A stretch of 52,152 bases of DNA from a virus (taxonomy: Duplodnaviria > Caudoviricetes), in IMG/VR virus record IMGVR_UViG_3300021197_001711, positions 1 through 52,152 of that record. The stretch is one strand, 5' to 3'. The position numbers and the translations under genes were made by a program. The notes below the pieces were generated by a model. It was not told the origin of the DNA and did no database searches. It saw only the letters and a list, made by a program, of their open reading frames with translations. Positions 35,305 through 45,070 of this stretch are shown piece by piece (the stretch's first letter is position 1; each line of letters starts with the position of its first letter).

Positions 35305-36179
35305 TGAGCAATCCAGTTGAGATTAAGATCGATTCTGAAGAATTAAGAAAGCGAAAGATAATGGTAGCTACTCCTATGTACGGAGGACAGTGTGCTGGCA
35401 TCTATACTAAGTCGTCGACTGATCTAGCGCAACTCTGTGCTGGTTATGGTGTCGATTGTAAGTTTTACTACCTGTTTAACGAGTCTCTGATTACACGAGC
35501 TCGTAACTATCTTGTCGATGAGTTCATGCGTTCTGACTGTACGCACCTCATGTTTATTGATAGTGATATTGGTTTTGATCCTACTGACGTTCTTGCTCTT
35601 GCTGCAATTGCTGAGCCTGGTACAGATAAGGATATCGTATGTGGTGCCTATCCTAAGAAAGCTATTGCATGGGAGAAGATTAAGCGGGCTGTGGATAAAG
35701 GCTTTGCTGATCAAGATCCTGCTGTGCTCGAAAGATACGTTGGCGACTATGTATTTAATCCTGCTGATGGCTCAGGTCAAATGAAGCTCAACGAGCCTGC
35801 TGAAGTATTAGAAGGTGGTACAGGATTTATGATGATCCAACGTAGCGCTTTTGAGAAGTACGCTGAAGCCTATCCTGAGTTCATGTATCTTCCTGATCAT
35901 GTACGTACCGAATCGTTTGATGGTACACGTGAGATCATGGCATACTTCGATTGTGTCATCGATCCTGAAAGCAAGCGCTATCTTTCTGAAGACTATATGT
36001 TCTGTCAGTGGGCTCGTAAGGCTGGTATCAAAGTATGGCTGTGTCCTTGGATGAAATTAACACATATGGGTTCTTATATGTTTGGCGGTAGTCTTATGGA
36101 TCTTGCACAAGTTGGTGCTAGTGCAACGGTTGGCCAAGACTTCTCGAGAAAACCTAAGAAAGGTAAGCATCGTAAGTAA
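35304..36179 (+). CDS. GT-A-fold glycosyltransferase-like protein
   Basis: MVATPMYGG, ESLITRARN, DxD motif FIDSDI, GTGFM, LSEDY, H.G. Confidence 0.7.
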   Translation: MSNPVEIKIDSEELRKRKIMVATPMYGGQCAGIYTKSSTDLAQLCAGYGVDCKFYYLFNESLITRARNYLVDEFMRSDCTHLMFIDSDIGFDPTDVLALAAIAEPGTDKDIVCGAYPKKAIAWEKIKRAVDKGFADQDPAVLERYVGDYVFNPADGSGQMKLNEPAEVLEGGTGFMMIQRSAFEKYAEAYPEFMYLPDHVRTESFDGTREIMAYFDCVIDPESKRYLSEDYMFCQWARKAGIKVWLCPWMKLTHMGSYMFGGSLMDLAQVGASATVGQDFSRKPKKGKHRK

Positions 36180-36193
36180 GGATATATTATATT

Positions 36194-36865
36194 ATGAAAC
36201 TGACACAGAAAACACATACAATGCTCAAGAACTATGCGACTATCAATCAGTCTCTGTTCGTAAGTAAGGGCAATGTAATAAAGACCATCTCTGAGATGAA
36301 GTCTGTAATGGCTGAGGTCGAAGTCCAGGAAATGTTTCCTCGTGACTTCGGCATCTATGATCTCAATCAATTTCTGGGTGTTGTAAGTTTGTTTGAAGAA
36401 CCGGATCTTGACTTTGACACAACTTTCGTTCGTATCAAAGGAGCAGAGAATGCAAGTAGTGATTACTTCTACGCAGACAAAGCTACCATACGAACCTTAC
36501 CTCCTGAAAATTCCTTTGAGTTGCCTGACGTTGTCGAGACCTTCACTATTACCGATAAGGTAATCAAAGGGGTGATGCAAGCTGCTAACGTACTTCAACT
36601 ACCTCAGATAGGTATTATTGGTGACGGTAGTGATATTGTTATCAAAGCATTGAATAGTGCGAACAACACAAGCAATTCGTTTCAATTCAATCTTGGTAAG
36701 ACAAGCAAAAACTTTAAGATGTATTTCAAGACTGATAATCTTAAGATGATGATGGGTACATACGATGTCTCTATCAGCAGTAAAAAGATCACGCAGTTCA
36801 AAATGAGTGAAGGTAATCTCACATATACTATTGTTAATGAAGCGTCTTCAGTTTATGAAGGCTAG
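36194..36865 (+). CDS. gp45: Sliding clamp gp45
   Basis: MLKNYATINQS, FGIYDLNQFL; synteny. Confidence 0.92.
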   Translation: MKLTQKTHTMLKNYATINQSLFVSKGNVIKTISEMKSVMAEVEVQEMFPRDFGIYDLNQFLGVVSLFEEPDLDFDTTFVRIKGAENASSDYFYADKATIRTLPPENSFELPDVVETFTITDKVIKGVMQAANVLQLPQIGIIGDGSDIVIKALNSANNTSNSFQFNLGKTSKNFKMYFKTDNLKMMMGTYDVSISSKKITQFKMSEGNLTYTIVNEASSVYEG

Positions 36866-36880
36866 AGTGAGTACTATATT

Positions 36881-37816
36881 ATGGAAGAGTTTCTATGGGT
36901 GGAGAAGTACCGCCCTGGTAAAATTAGTGACTGTGTCCTACCCGACGAGCTGAAAAGCACTTTTCAAGAGTTTGTAGATCAAGGTTCAATACCCAATCTA
37001 CTATTGTCGGGAGGACCAGGTGTAGGTAAAACTACTGTTGCAAGAGCAATGTTGGAGCAGCTCAACGCAGATTATGTTGTTATAAACGGTAGTATGAATG
37101 GAAACATTGATACACTAAGAAATGAGATAATGCAGTTTGCTTCTACGGTATCGTTTACCGGTGGCAGGAAGTATGTAATACTCGATGAGGCAGACTATCT
37201 CAATCCCAATAGTACGCAACCAGCCTTGCGTAACTTCATGGAAGAGTTCTCCAAGAACTGTGGATTCATCCTCACCTGCAACTTCAAGAATCGTATTATT
37301 GAGCCGCTACATTCTCGATGCAGTGTTATTGAGTTCAACATTCAGAAGAATGAAAAGCCTGCAATTGCCAAGTCTTTCTACAAAAGAATATGCACGGTAC
37401 TTGAGCAGGAACGTGTAACATTCGACAACAAGGTCGTGTGTGAGCTGATAGCTCGATACTTTCCTGACTGGCGTCGAGTGATAAACGAACTGCAGAGATA
37501 CAGCGTCACTGGTAGTATAGACAGCGGTATATTGGCAGATACTGGTGACAATAGTGTAAAGGAGCTGGTTGGTCATCTGAAAGGAAAGAGTTTTACAGAT
37601 ATGAGAAAGTGGGTAGCACAGAATAATGATGCCGACACTTCATCACTCTTTCGGAAGCTATACGACAGTGCAAGTACATACCTGAAACCTCAATCGATCC
37701 CTCAACTTATATTGTTGTTATCTGATTATCAACATAAAGCTGCATTCGTTGCGGACCATGAAATAAATCTCGTAGCATGTCTTACAGAGATAATGGCAGA
37801 TTGTGAGTTCGAATAA
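36881..37816 (+). CDS. gp44: Clamp loader large subunit gp44
   Basis: LWVEKYRP, GPGVGKTT, ILDEAD, LHSRC. Confidence 0.96.
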   Translation: MEEFLWVEKYRPGKISDCVLPDELKSTFQEFVDQGSIPNLLLSGGPGVGKTTVARAMLEQLNADYVVINGSMNGNIDTLRNEIMQFASTVSFTGGRKYVILDEADYLNPNSTQPALRNFMEEFSKNCGFILTCNFKNRIIEPLHSRCSVIEFNIQKNEKPAIAKSFYKRICTVLEQERVTFDNKVVCELIARYFPDWRRVINELQRYSVTGSIDSGILADTGDNSVKELVGHLKGKSFTDMRKWVAQNNDADTSSLFRKLYDSASTYLKPQSIPQLILLLSDYQHKAAFVADHEINLVACLTEIMADCEFE

Positions 37817-38211
37817 TGAAACCATTTGACTATCTCAATTCAATAAACTACAGTAAAGAGGACTTAATAACCGAATCAGATAACGCCGAACTAGCAGAAA
37901 AATTGTATCCCCCTTTCATGGTAAACAGAGGCCTGTCGTATTTTACAGACACAATCCTATTTGCGAATGAAATGAATATACGCCACCAGTGTGACAATAA
38001 GCTCCAATTTGATTTTTTCCTAAATACTATACGCAAGCGCAAGCGCTTTAGCAAGTGGTTTAAGAAAGATCAGGATCAAAACATAGATTTGATAATGAGC
38101 CATTATAATTATAGCTACGAAAAAGCATGTCAAGTAGTTTCGTTATTCAATGAGCATCAATTACAAATATTAAGAGACAAGAGCTTTGAAGGTGGAATAA
38201 ATGGCCGTTAA
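37816..38211 (+). CDS. gp62: Clamp loader small subunit gp62
   Basis: YPPFMVNRGLS, ANEMN, RKRKRFSKW. Confidence 0.92.
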   Translation: MKPFDYLNSINYSKEDLITESDNAELAEKLYPPFMVNRGLSYFTDTILFANEMNIRHQCDNKLQFDFFLNTIRKRKRFSKWFKKDQDQNIDLIMSHYNYSYEKACQVVSLFNEHQLQILRDKSFEGGINGR

Positions 38212-38599
38212 TCTAGATTCGATAATTGAAGTTGTAATTAAAGAAGATGATGATTTTCTGAAAGTACGTGAAACCCTTACACGTATTGGTATTGCTTCGC
38301 GAAAGGATATGACACTCTATCAATCATGTCATATCCTGCACAAGCAAGGCAGATACTACATCGTTCACTTCAAAGAACTTTTTGCCCTTGATGGTAAACC
38401 AACCAACTTCGATGAAGGCGACATCTCAAGAAGGAATACGATTGCTAATCTTCTTGCAGAATGGGGCCTTGTCGATCTTGTAAAACCAGAACAGTCTCAA
38501 GAACCTGTTGCCCCTTTGAGCCAAATTAAGGTACTATCTTATGGTGACAAGAATAAGTGGCAACTTGTTGCTAAATATAATATCGGCCGAAAGATCTAG
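38201..38599 (+). CDS. regA: Translational repressor RegA
   Basis: FLKVRETLTRIGIAS, LYQSCHILHKQGRYYIVHFKELF. Confidence 0.96.
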   Translation: MAVNLDSIIEVVIKEDDDFLKVRETLTRIGIASRKDMTLYQSCHILHKQGRYYIVHFKELFALDGKPTNFDEGDISRRNTIANLLAEWGLVDLVKPEQSQEPVAPLSQIKVLSYGDKNKWQLVAKYNIGRKI

Positions 38600-38603
38600 T
38601 TGA

Positions 38604-38676
38604 TATAAATAGTGTAAGAGATGCGGAATGGTCCGGTCTCTTTTAAATAAACCTTGCTTAATAGTAGGAGGTCTTT
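38604..38676 (+). promoter_or_regulatory. Late promoter plus ROSE-like thermometer 5' UTR of hsp20
   Basis: TATAAATA 38604; hairpin 38616-38642; ACCTT(G)CT 38651-38658 pairs with SD AGGAGGT 38666-38672. Confidence 0.65.
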
Positions 38677-39126
38677 ATGACTACTAATATACTCTTCCCG
38701 CGCGCCTCGTTTGTAGGTTTCGAAAATCTTTTCAAACAACTTGAACGAGCAACGGAACATCAAGTCCCTCAGTACCCACCTTGCAATATCGTAAAATACG
38801 ATGATAACAGTATCAGCATTGAACTTGCTGTGGCAGGTTTCAATATGCAAGATCTGGATATTGAATGCGATAAAAGTGTCCTTACTATCAAAGGACTGAA
38901 ATTGAACGCAGCTTCTGAAACCCACCGTCAGTATGTTCATCAAGGTATTTCCCAGAAAAAATTTGTTCGCAAGTTCACGCTAGCGGAACATATTGAAGTC
39001 ACTGGTGCTACGCTGGTTAGCGGGATACTATCAGTTCAGTTGGAGCACATTGTGCCTGATGAACTCAAACCACGAAAGATAAAGATTCATCAAACACATG
39101 ATCTTTTAACTGAAGAAGCTAGTTGA
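38677..39126 (+). CDS. hsp20: Small heat shock protein Hsp20 (IbpA-like)
   Basis: YPPCNI, IELAVAGF, HQGISQKKFVRKF, GILSV, KPRKIKI. Confidence 0.92.
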   Translation: MTTNILFPRASFVGFENLFKQLERATEHQVPQYPPCNIVKYDDNSISIELAVAGFNMQDLDIECDKSVLTIKGLKLNAASETHRQYVHQGISQKKFVRKFTLAEHIEVTGATLVSGILSVQLEHIVPDELKPRKIKIHQTHDLLTEEAS

Positions 39127-39151
39127 TTTTATCAATCGTTTGTCTGATAAT

Positions 39152-39178
39152 AAGAGAGTCCTTCGGGGCTCTCTTTTT
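39152..39178 (+). terminator. Rho-independent terminator after hsp20
   Basis: AAGAGAGTCC-TTCG-GGGCTCTCTT-TTT. Confidence 0.85.
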
Positions 39179-39194
39179 ATATTTGGAGTAAATT

Positions 39195-39488
39195 ATGACC
39201 GATGTGAAACTTATTCGACTATCTTCTGGTGAAGATGTCGTAGCAACAATCTTGGAACGTGAAGATGGCAGCATAACAATTAAAGATGCAATCGTTGCAA
39301 TTCCAACAGGCCAAGGCCAACTTGGCTTCGCTCCTTGGTCACCTATCATTAGCAAAAGCGAACCTTCGATAAAAGTATCGGAAAACTTTGTTGTATATGT
39401 TGCGGAAGCAGATGATAGTGTGATTGAACAATACAATACCATGTTCGGTAATGTTATTACTCCCAAGAAGCAGTCAATTATAATCTAA
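39195..39488 (+). CDS. Conserved hypothetical protein (Sm-like)
   Basis: VKLIRLSSGEDVV, FAPW, QYNTMFG; usual position between hsp20 and gp43. Confidence 0.75.
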   Translation: MTDVKLIRLSSGEDVVATILEREDGSITIKDAIVAIPTGQGQLGFAPWSPIISKSEPSIKVSENFVVYVAEADDSVIEQYNTMFGNVITPKKQSIII

Positions 39489-42031
39489 TGTCAACATTCT
39501 ATACAAGTGTAGATGCTATCGGTAACGATATACTGTTTTGTGGTTATAAGGACGGTGAGCGTATACGTAAAAGAATAAAGTATACGCCTACGATGTATCT
39601 TCCGTCTGATAAAAAGACAGAGTTCAAAACGCTAGATGGCAAGTATGTCGAGCCATTCAATCCTGGCTCTATTAGAGATACTAAAGAGTTTCTTAACAAC
39701 TACAAAGACGTTGAGAACTTTAAGGTATATGGTACACGAAACTTTGTACATCAATTTATATCTGATGGATTTTACAAACACGGTGTCGACTTTGATCGCG
39801 ATCTAGTCAATGTCACTTCACTTGATATAGAAGTTCAATCCGACGAAGGCTTTCCCAAGCCTGAAGAAGCCAACCATCCTGTCACTGCCATCACTGTTAA
39901 GAATAATATTGACAATCAATATTATGTGTTTGGTAATGGTGGATGGAATGCTTCTGAATCTATCCTTCCTGAGGACATTGTTAGTAATGTCGTTTACAAG
40001 GATTGTAAAAGCGAAGCGAACTTGTTAAAGGAGTTCCTCGACCACTGGCAAGCTAACTATCCTGATGTTGTTACGGGATGGAACTCGAGAATGTTTGATA
40101 CCGTCTATCTTGTTAACAGGATACGAAAGGTGTTGGGTAATGTATCGACCAAGCGGTTGTCGCCTTGGGGTCTTGTTGTAGAACGTCAGATTCCTCTATC
40201 GGGTGGTCTCGAAGTTCAAGTCTTTGAGCTGAGAGGTATTCAGCAACTAGACTTTCTCGATTGCTTCAAGAAGTTTGGTTACACGTACGGTACGCAAGAA
40301 AACTATAGATTGAATACTATAGCTCATGTCGTTCTTGGAGAGAATAAACTCGACTACTCAGAGTATGGAACTCTCCACGATCTCTATAGACAAAACTATC
40401 AACTGTATATTGACTACAATATCAAGGACGTTGACATTGTCGATCGATTAGAGGATAAGACTGGACTGATTACACTTGCGATGACTATTGCTTATAAAGC
40501 ATTTGTCAACATGACCGATTCGTTTGGTTCTGTTGGTGTCTGGGATGCACTTCTCTTCAACGAATTGCGTAGGAGAGGTATTGTTGTACCACCTAAGAGT
40601 GACAATAAGAAAGAGAGGCAGATACAGGGCGCATTCGTAAAAGATCCCTATAATGGTATGCATGACTGGGTAATGTCGTTTGACCTCAACTCTCTCTATC
40701 CGCATATTATTATGCAATACAATATGTCACCTGAAACTGTTATCAACGATAGGCACGATGACATTAGAGTCGACACTCTCCTCGATGAAGTTGATATCGA
40801 TATACCTGCTGACTACTCTATGTCTGCAACTGGTCAATACTTTGATAAAACTAAGAAAGGTATTGTACCTGAGATCATTGACGGTCTATACAAGGAACGC
40901 TCTGAGATAAAGAAACAGATGCTCGATGCAGAGCAGAAGTCACAGAAAGACAAAAGCTATGAGATAGAGAAACAAATCGTTACATTCAACAATCAGCAGA
41001 TGGCGATTAAGATTCTAATGAACTCTCTTTATGGTGCTCTATCTAATGAATACTTTCGCTACTACGATATGAGGGTTGCCGAATCAATTACTGTCACTGG
41101 CCAGCTGACTATTCTCTGGGCCCAGAAAACCATCAATCAATATCTCAATAAACTACTCAAGACAGATAATGACGACTATGTTATTGCTATCGATACTGAC
41201 TCACTATACATTCGTGTAGGTGATCTTGTGAAAGGAGCTCTGAAGGGTGACACATCTATAGAGAAAGGTGTGAAGTTCTTAGACAAGGCTGCTACTGAAA
41301 AGTTCGAACCTTTACTTGCTAAAGCATATGACAGGCTATGTAAGTATGTAAATGGTTACGAACAGAAGATGGTAATGAAGCGAGAGGTTATCGCTGACAA
41401 AGGTATATGGACTGGCAAGAAGCACTATGCTTTGAATGTCCACAACTCTGAGGGTGTTCAGTATGCTGAACCAAAACTCAAAGTGATGGGTATTGAGGTC
41501 GTTCGATCTTCGACACCTATGCCTTGCCGAGATATGTTAAAGCAATCTATTGGTGTGATTATGAACACCGATGAATCCACAACACAAGACTTTATTCGTG
41601 AATGTCGAGAAAAGTTCTTTAATCTTCCTCCAGAGGACATAGCATTTCCTCGTAGTGTTTCGAACATAGAGAAATGGGTGAACAGGGACGGTCCACAGTC
41701 TGCCATATACAGCAAGGGTTGTCCTATACACGTGCGAGGAGCATTGCTGTACAATTACCACATAAATAATGATGAAGTTCTAAAGAAAAAGTATCAACCA
41801 ATATTTACTGGAGAGAAGATAAAGTTCGTATATCTGTCCGTACCTAATACAATACACGAAAATGTTTTTGCCTTTCAGACTGTGATACCTGATGAACTCA
41901 ATATTAAGAAATATGTAGACTACGATCTACAATTCCAGAAAGCTTATCTCGAACCATTGAAATCTATTCTTGATGCAATAGGTTGGCAAGCAGAGAAGCA
42001 AGTAACACTCGAGGACTTTTTTAATGTCTAA
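39488..42031 (+). CDS. gp43: Family B DNA polymerase gp43
   Basis: Exo LDIEV, SFDLNSLYP, KILMNSLYG, IDTDS, clamp-binding tail TLEDFF. Confidence 0.98.
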   Translation: MSTFYTSVDAIGNDILFCGYKDGERIRKRIKYTPTMYLPSDKKTEFKTLDGKYVEPFNPGSIRDTKEFLNNYKDVENFKVYGTRNFVHQFISDGFYKHGVDFDRDLVNVTSLDIEVQSDEGFPKPEEANHPVTAITVKNNIDNQYYVFGNGGWNASESILPEDIVSNVVYKDCKSEANLLKEFLDHWQANYPDVVTGWNSRMFDTVYLVNRIRKVLGNVSTKRLSPWGLVVERQIPLSGGLEVQVFELRGIQQLDFLDCFKKFGYTYGTQENYRLNTIAHVVLGENKLDYSEYGTLHDLYRQNYQLYIDYNIKDVDIVDRLEDKTGLITLAMTIAYKAFVNMTDSFGSVGVWDALLFNELRRRGIVVPPKSDNKKERQIQGAFVKDPYNGMHDWVMSFDLNSLYPHIIMQYNMSPETVINDRHDDIRVDTLLDEVDIDIPADYSMSATGQYFDKTKKGIVPEIIDGLYKERSEIKKQMLDAEQKSQKDKSYEIEKQIVTFNNQQMAIKILMNSLYGALSNEYFRYYDMRVAESITVTGQLTILWAQKTINQYLNKLLKTDNDDYVIAIDTDSLYIRVGDLVKGALKGDTSIEKGVKFLDKAATEKFEPLLAKAYDRLCKYVNGYEQKMVMKREVIADKGIWTGKKHYALNVHNSEGVQYAEPKLKVMGIEVVRSSTPMPCRDMLKQSIGVIMNTDESTTQDFIRECREKFFNLPPEDIAFPRSVSNIEKWVNRDGPQSAIYSKGCPIHVRGALLYNYHINNDEVLKKKYQPIFTGEKIKFVYLSVPNTIHENVFAFQTVIPDELNIKKYVDYDLQFQKAYLEPLKSILDAIGWQAEKQVTLEDFFNV

Positions 42032-42434
42032 CATACCACAGGAATATCTTTCCGGTTTTGACTTTGGTTTCAATGCAGTTGAGGAAATGCCTCAGAGTGA
42101 GGTCGAAGCAGATACAACTCCTTCAACTGAAGATGTTGAAGGTATAAATGATAACATCAATAGGATTGAGAACAAGCTCGACGATGTTGCAAAAGCAATC
42201 AATATATTGACCACACGAATGACTGATCTTGATGATGAGTTTGACGTGGTTAAAGCAAACACAGAGCAGGAAGTGAAAGATAAGTTGACACAAGTAGAGA
42301 AACTTGTCATGCCACTACTTGTCAATTTATTGAAGACATCCGACAAGGAATATATTTACTGGCCAGATCGTTCAGAGAAAATAAATGATATGATTAATAA
42401 ACTACTTTCATACACAAGAGGAGATGCACAATGA
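42024..42434 (+). CDS. Hypothetical coiled-coil protein
   Basis: FDFGF N-terminus, LVMPLLVNL..EYIYWP.R C-terminus; overlaps the gp43 stop. Confidence 0.7.
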   Translation: MSNIPQEYLSGFDFGFNAVEEMPQSEVEADTTPSTEDVEGINDNINRIENKLDDVAKAINILTTRMTDLDDEFDVVKANTEQEVKDKLTQVEKLVMPLLVNLLKTSDKEYIYWPDRSEKINDMINKLLSYTRGDAQ

Positions 42435-42589
42435 GTTGGTTAAAAGATAGATCAAAAGAAAGAACTACATGGGACGGTGTTTGCTTAATGGGCGTTGGTC
42501 TAGTGATACTGTTCGTTACACCACTTGTTAAGTTTGCAGCTGGATTCGCTATCGCATATGGTGCATGCACTGCTTTAAAGTCTGATTAA
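42431..42589 (+). CDS. 52-aa two-helix membrane protein (below ORF-track cut-off)
   Basis: SD GAGGAG; MSWLKDRSKERTTWDGVCLMGVGLVILFVTPLVKFAAGFAIAYGACTALKSD; overlaps both neighbours. Confidence 0.65.
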   Translation: MSWLKDRSKERTTWDGVCLMGVGLVILFVTPLVKFAAGFAIAYGACTALKSD

Positions 42590-43575
42590 TGGCTTATCTA
42601 GTTTTGTTAGTGGCCCTTGCTATATCGGGTGTAGCTGCCTGGTATAGTATAGCGGGTCTCGCTGCGATCTTTGCAGCTGCTAAGATACCCGTAATCATTA
42701 TGGGTAGCAGTCTCGAGATAGGTAAGTTAGTTACAGCATCGTGGCTATATCAAAATTGGAACAGAGCTCCACTTTTATTAAAGTCTTATCTGACAGTAGC
42801 TGTTGTTGTTTTGATGTTTATTACATCGATGGGTATCTTCGGCTTTCTGTCGAAAGCTCACGTCGATCAGACGATAGTTTCGGGGGATAATAGTCTTCTT
42901 ATAGAGCAACTCGATCAACGCGTAGAGCGCGAGAGAACAAGGCTGACAGACGCTGAGTTAGTTATCAGTCAACTTGATCAAGCTGTGCAAACATTGATTG
43001 ACTATGACCGCATTAGAGGGGATGATGGGGCCATAGCTGTGAGGGAAGGACAAAAAGATGAACGAGATAATCTCAATACAATTATTGATAACGCTTACAA
43101 TAATATTGGAGAGCTGCAATCGGATAGATTGGTTCTATCTCAGGAACAGCTATCCTTGGAAGCCGAAGTTGGTCCTATCAAGTATATTGCAGAGCTTATA
43201 TACGGTGGCTCGCCTGATGCTGACGTTCTTGGAAGCGCTGTTCGTATGGTTATTCTCACTATTATTTTTGTTTTTGACCCTCTTGCTGTCCTTCTTCTTA
43301 TTGCTGCCAACATGTCTATCAATGATAGAAGAGCAAAGGTTACGACGAGGAAAGTAGCCTCGGTAAGTGATACCAACGAGTGGACTGAACAAGATGTTCT
43401 TGTCGACGAAGATATTGATGAGGATATAGATTTAGAAAATGCTGGGATCGCTGAGATAAGAAGGCTCTTGGCAAAGTACAGAGAAAACAATAAAGGTGAC
43501 AGACCAGGAACATTTATACATGCAAAAATAAAGAAGTTGGAAAGGATAGAGAAAGAGCTTGAATCTAAATTGTAA
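42589..43575 (+). CDS. Membrane protein with N-terminal TM helices, coiled coil and C-terminal TM
   Basis: Hydrophobic segments; ITSMGIFGFLSKAH, EVGPIKYIA, IFVFDPLAV. Confidence 0.75.
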   Translation: MAYLVLLVALAISGVAAWYSIAGLAAIFAAAKIPVIIMGSSLEIGKLVTASWLYQNWNRAPLLLKSYLTVAVVVLMFITSMGIFGFLSKAHVDQTIVSGDNSLLIEQLDQRVERERTRLTDAELVISQLDQAVQTLIDYDRIRGDDGAIAVREGQKDERDNLNTIIDNAYNNIGELQSDRLVLSQEQLSLEAEVGPIKYIAELIYGGSPDADVLGSAVRMVILTIIFVFDPLAVLLLIAANMSINDRRAKVTTRKVASVSDTNEWTEQDVLVDEDIDEDIDLENAGIAEIRRLLAKYRENNKGDRPGTFIHAKIKKLERIEKELESKL

Positions 43576-43596
43576 TTGATATATAGTGGTATTATA

Positions 43597-44028
43597 ATGA
43601 AAGCATATGATATGTGGTACAGTGAGTTTGATGAGCATTGCGAGACTCTTTACAAACAACTAGTAGAGAATGACGTTGTCCCTGATTTGATAGTAGGTAT
43701 AGCACGGGGTGGACTTGTTCCTGCCGTGCGCCTCTCTCATGCCTTCAATATTCCCCTCGAATGTGTGAAGTGGCAAACTCGTGATGGATCAACTAAAGAA
43801 GATAACAAAGTAGTAACCGAAGCTATCGCGGACAACAAGACTGTGGTCTTTGTTGACGATATCAATGATACTGGTACTACATTTGAGCAGATTAAAGAAC
43901 ACTACAAGGGTGGCATATATATCTGCATTCTTGAAAAGAAGCAAAGCAAGTTTGCTTGTGATTATAATGGCGGTCTGACAGATACAGAGCGCTGGATCAA
44001 TTTCCCTTGGGAGGGTACTGATGAGTGA
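43597..44028 (+). CDS. Type I phosphoribosyltransferase (xanthine-guanine PRT-like)
   Basis: GIARGGLVPA, PRPP loop VFVDDINDTGTT, WINFPWE. Start uncertain (43576, 43597 or 43612). Confidence 0.85.
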   Translation: MKAYDMWYSEFDEHCETLYKQLVENDVVPDLIVGIARGGLVPAVRLSHAFNIPLECVKWQTRDGSTKEDNKVVTEAIADNKTVVFVDDINDTGTTFEQIKEHYKGGIYICILEKKQSKFACDYNGGLTDTERWINFPWEGTDE

Positions 44029-45070
44029 TTTCTTTCGTAATATAGTAAGTGATCTAAATGATGAAAATACTACAATGGCCGTTGACGGTCTCAACAGTTC
44101 TGAGTTTTCTGGAACGATCGACTCAGGCTCTTATATTCTCAATGCGGCTCTTTCGGGAAGCATTTATGGGGGCATTCCAAACAATAAGATCACTGCCTTT
44201 GCTGGTGAGTCAGCTACTGGTAAGACCTTCTTCGCCATGGGAGTGGTTAAGCGCTTTCTTGACGACCATCCTAATGCTGCAGTTTTCTATTTTGATACTG
44301 AGGCTGCTGTTACTAAAAGCATGATGGAAACAAGAGGCATTGACGTCAAGCGTGTCATTATCTCAGAGCCCGAGACTATTCAGAAGTTTCGGCATACTGC
44401 ATTGCAAATCATTGATAACTACTCCAAGACACCAGAAGACAAACGTCCTCCTATGATGATGGTTCTTGACTCCCTTGGTCAATTGTCAACTACTAAGGAA
44501 GTCGAGGATACAGCTTCAGGTGCCGAGACAAGAGACATGACTAAGGCTGCTACTCTTAAAGCTACCTTTCGTGTACTCAATCTTAAACTTGCCAAGATTA
44601 ATGTTCCACTCCTGATTACTAACCACGTCTATGAAGTTGTTGGTTCGTATATCCCTATGAAAGAAATGTCCGGTGGGTCTGGTCTGAAGTATACCGCTTC
44701 CCAGATTGTATTCCTTGGAAAGAAGAAAGAGAAAGATGGGACAGAGATTGTTGGTAACATTATCAAGTGCACCATGACCAAGTCTCGTTTCACTAAAGAG
44801 AATAAGAAGGTTGAGGTATTACTTACTTACGACAAGGGTCTCGATCGCTATTATGGTCTGCTAGGTCTAGCTGAGAAGCACGGTATATTCAAAAAAGTAT
44901 CCACTCGTTTCGAACTACCAGATGGAACGAAAGTGTTTGGTAAGTCGATCAATAATGATCCAGAGAAATATTTTACGCCTGAGATTCTTGATCAACTCGA
45001 AGTAGCAGCACAGAAAGAATTTATGTATGGCGCCAATGAAGAGCCAGTGGTGGAAGAGGAAGAAGTATGA
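44021..45070 (+). CDS. uvsX: RecA-like recombinase UvsX
   Basis: AGESATGKT, FDTE, VLDSLG, MSGGSG. Confidence 0.95.
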   Translation: MSDFFRNIVSDLNDENTTMAVDGLNSSEFSGTIDSGSYILNAALSGSIYGGIPNNKITAFAGESATGKTFFAMGVVKRFLDDHPNAAVFYFDTEAAVTKSMMETRGIDVKRVIISEPETIQKFRHTALQIIDNYSKTPEDKRPPMMMVLDSLGQLSTTKEVEDTASGAETRDMTKAATLKATFRVLNLKLAKINVPLLITNHVYEVVGSYIPMKEMSGGSGLKYTASQIVFLGKKKEKDGTEIVGNIIKCTMTKSRFTKENKKVEVLLTYDKGLDRYYGLLGLAEKHGIFKKVSTRFELPDGTKVFGKSINNDPEKYFTPEILDQLEVAAQKEFMYGANEEPVVEEEEV

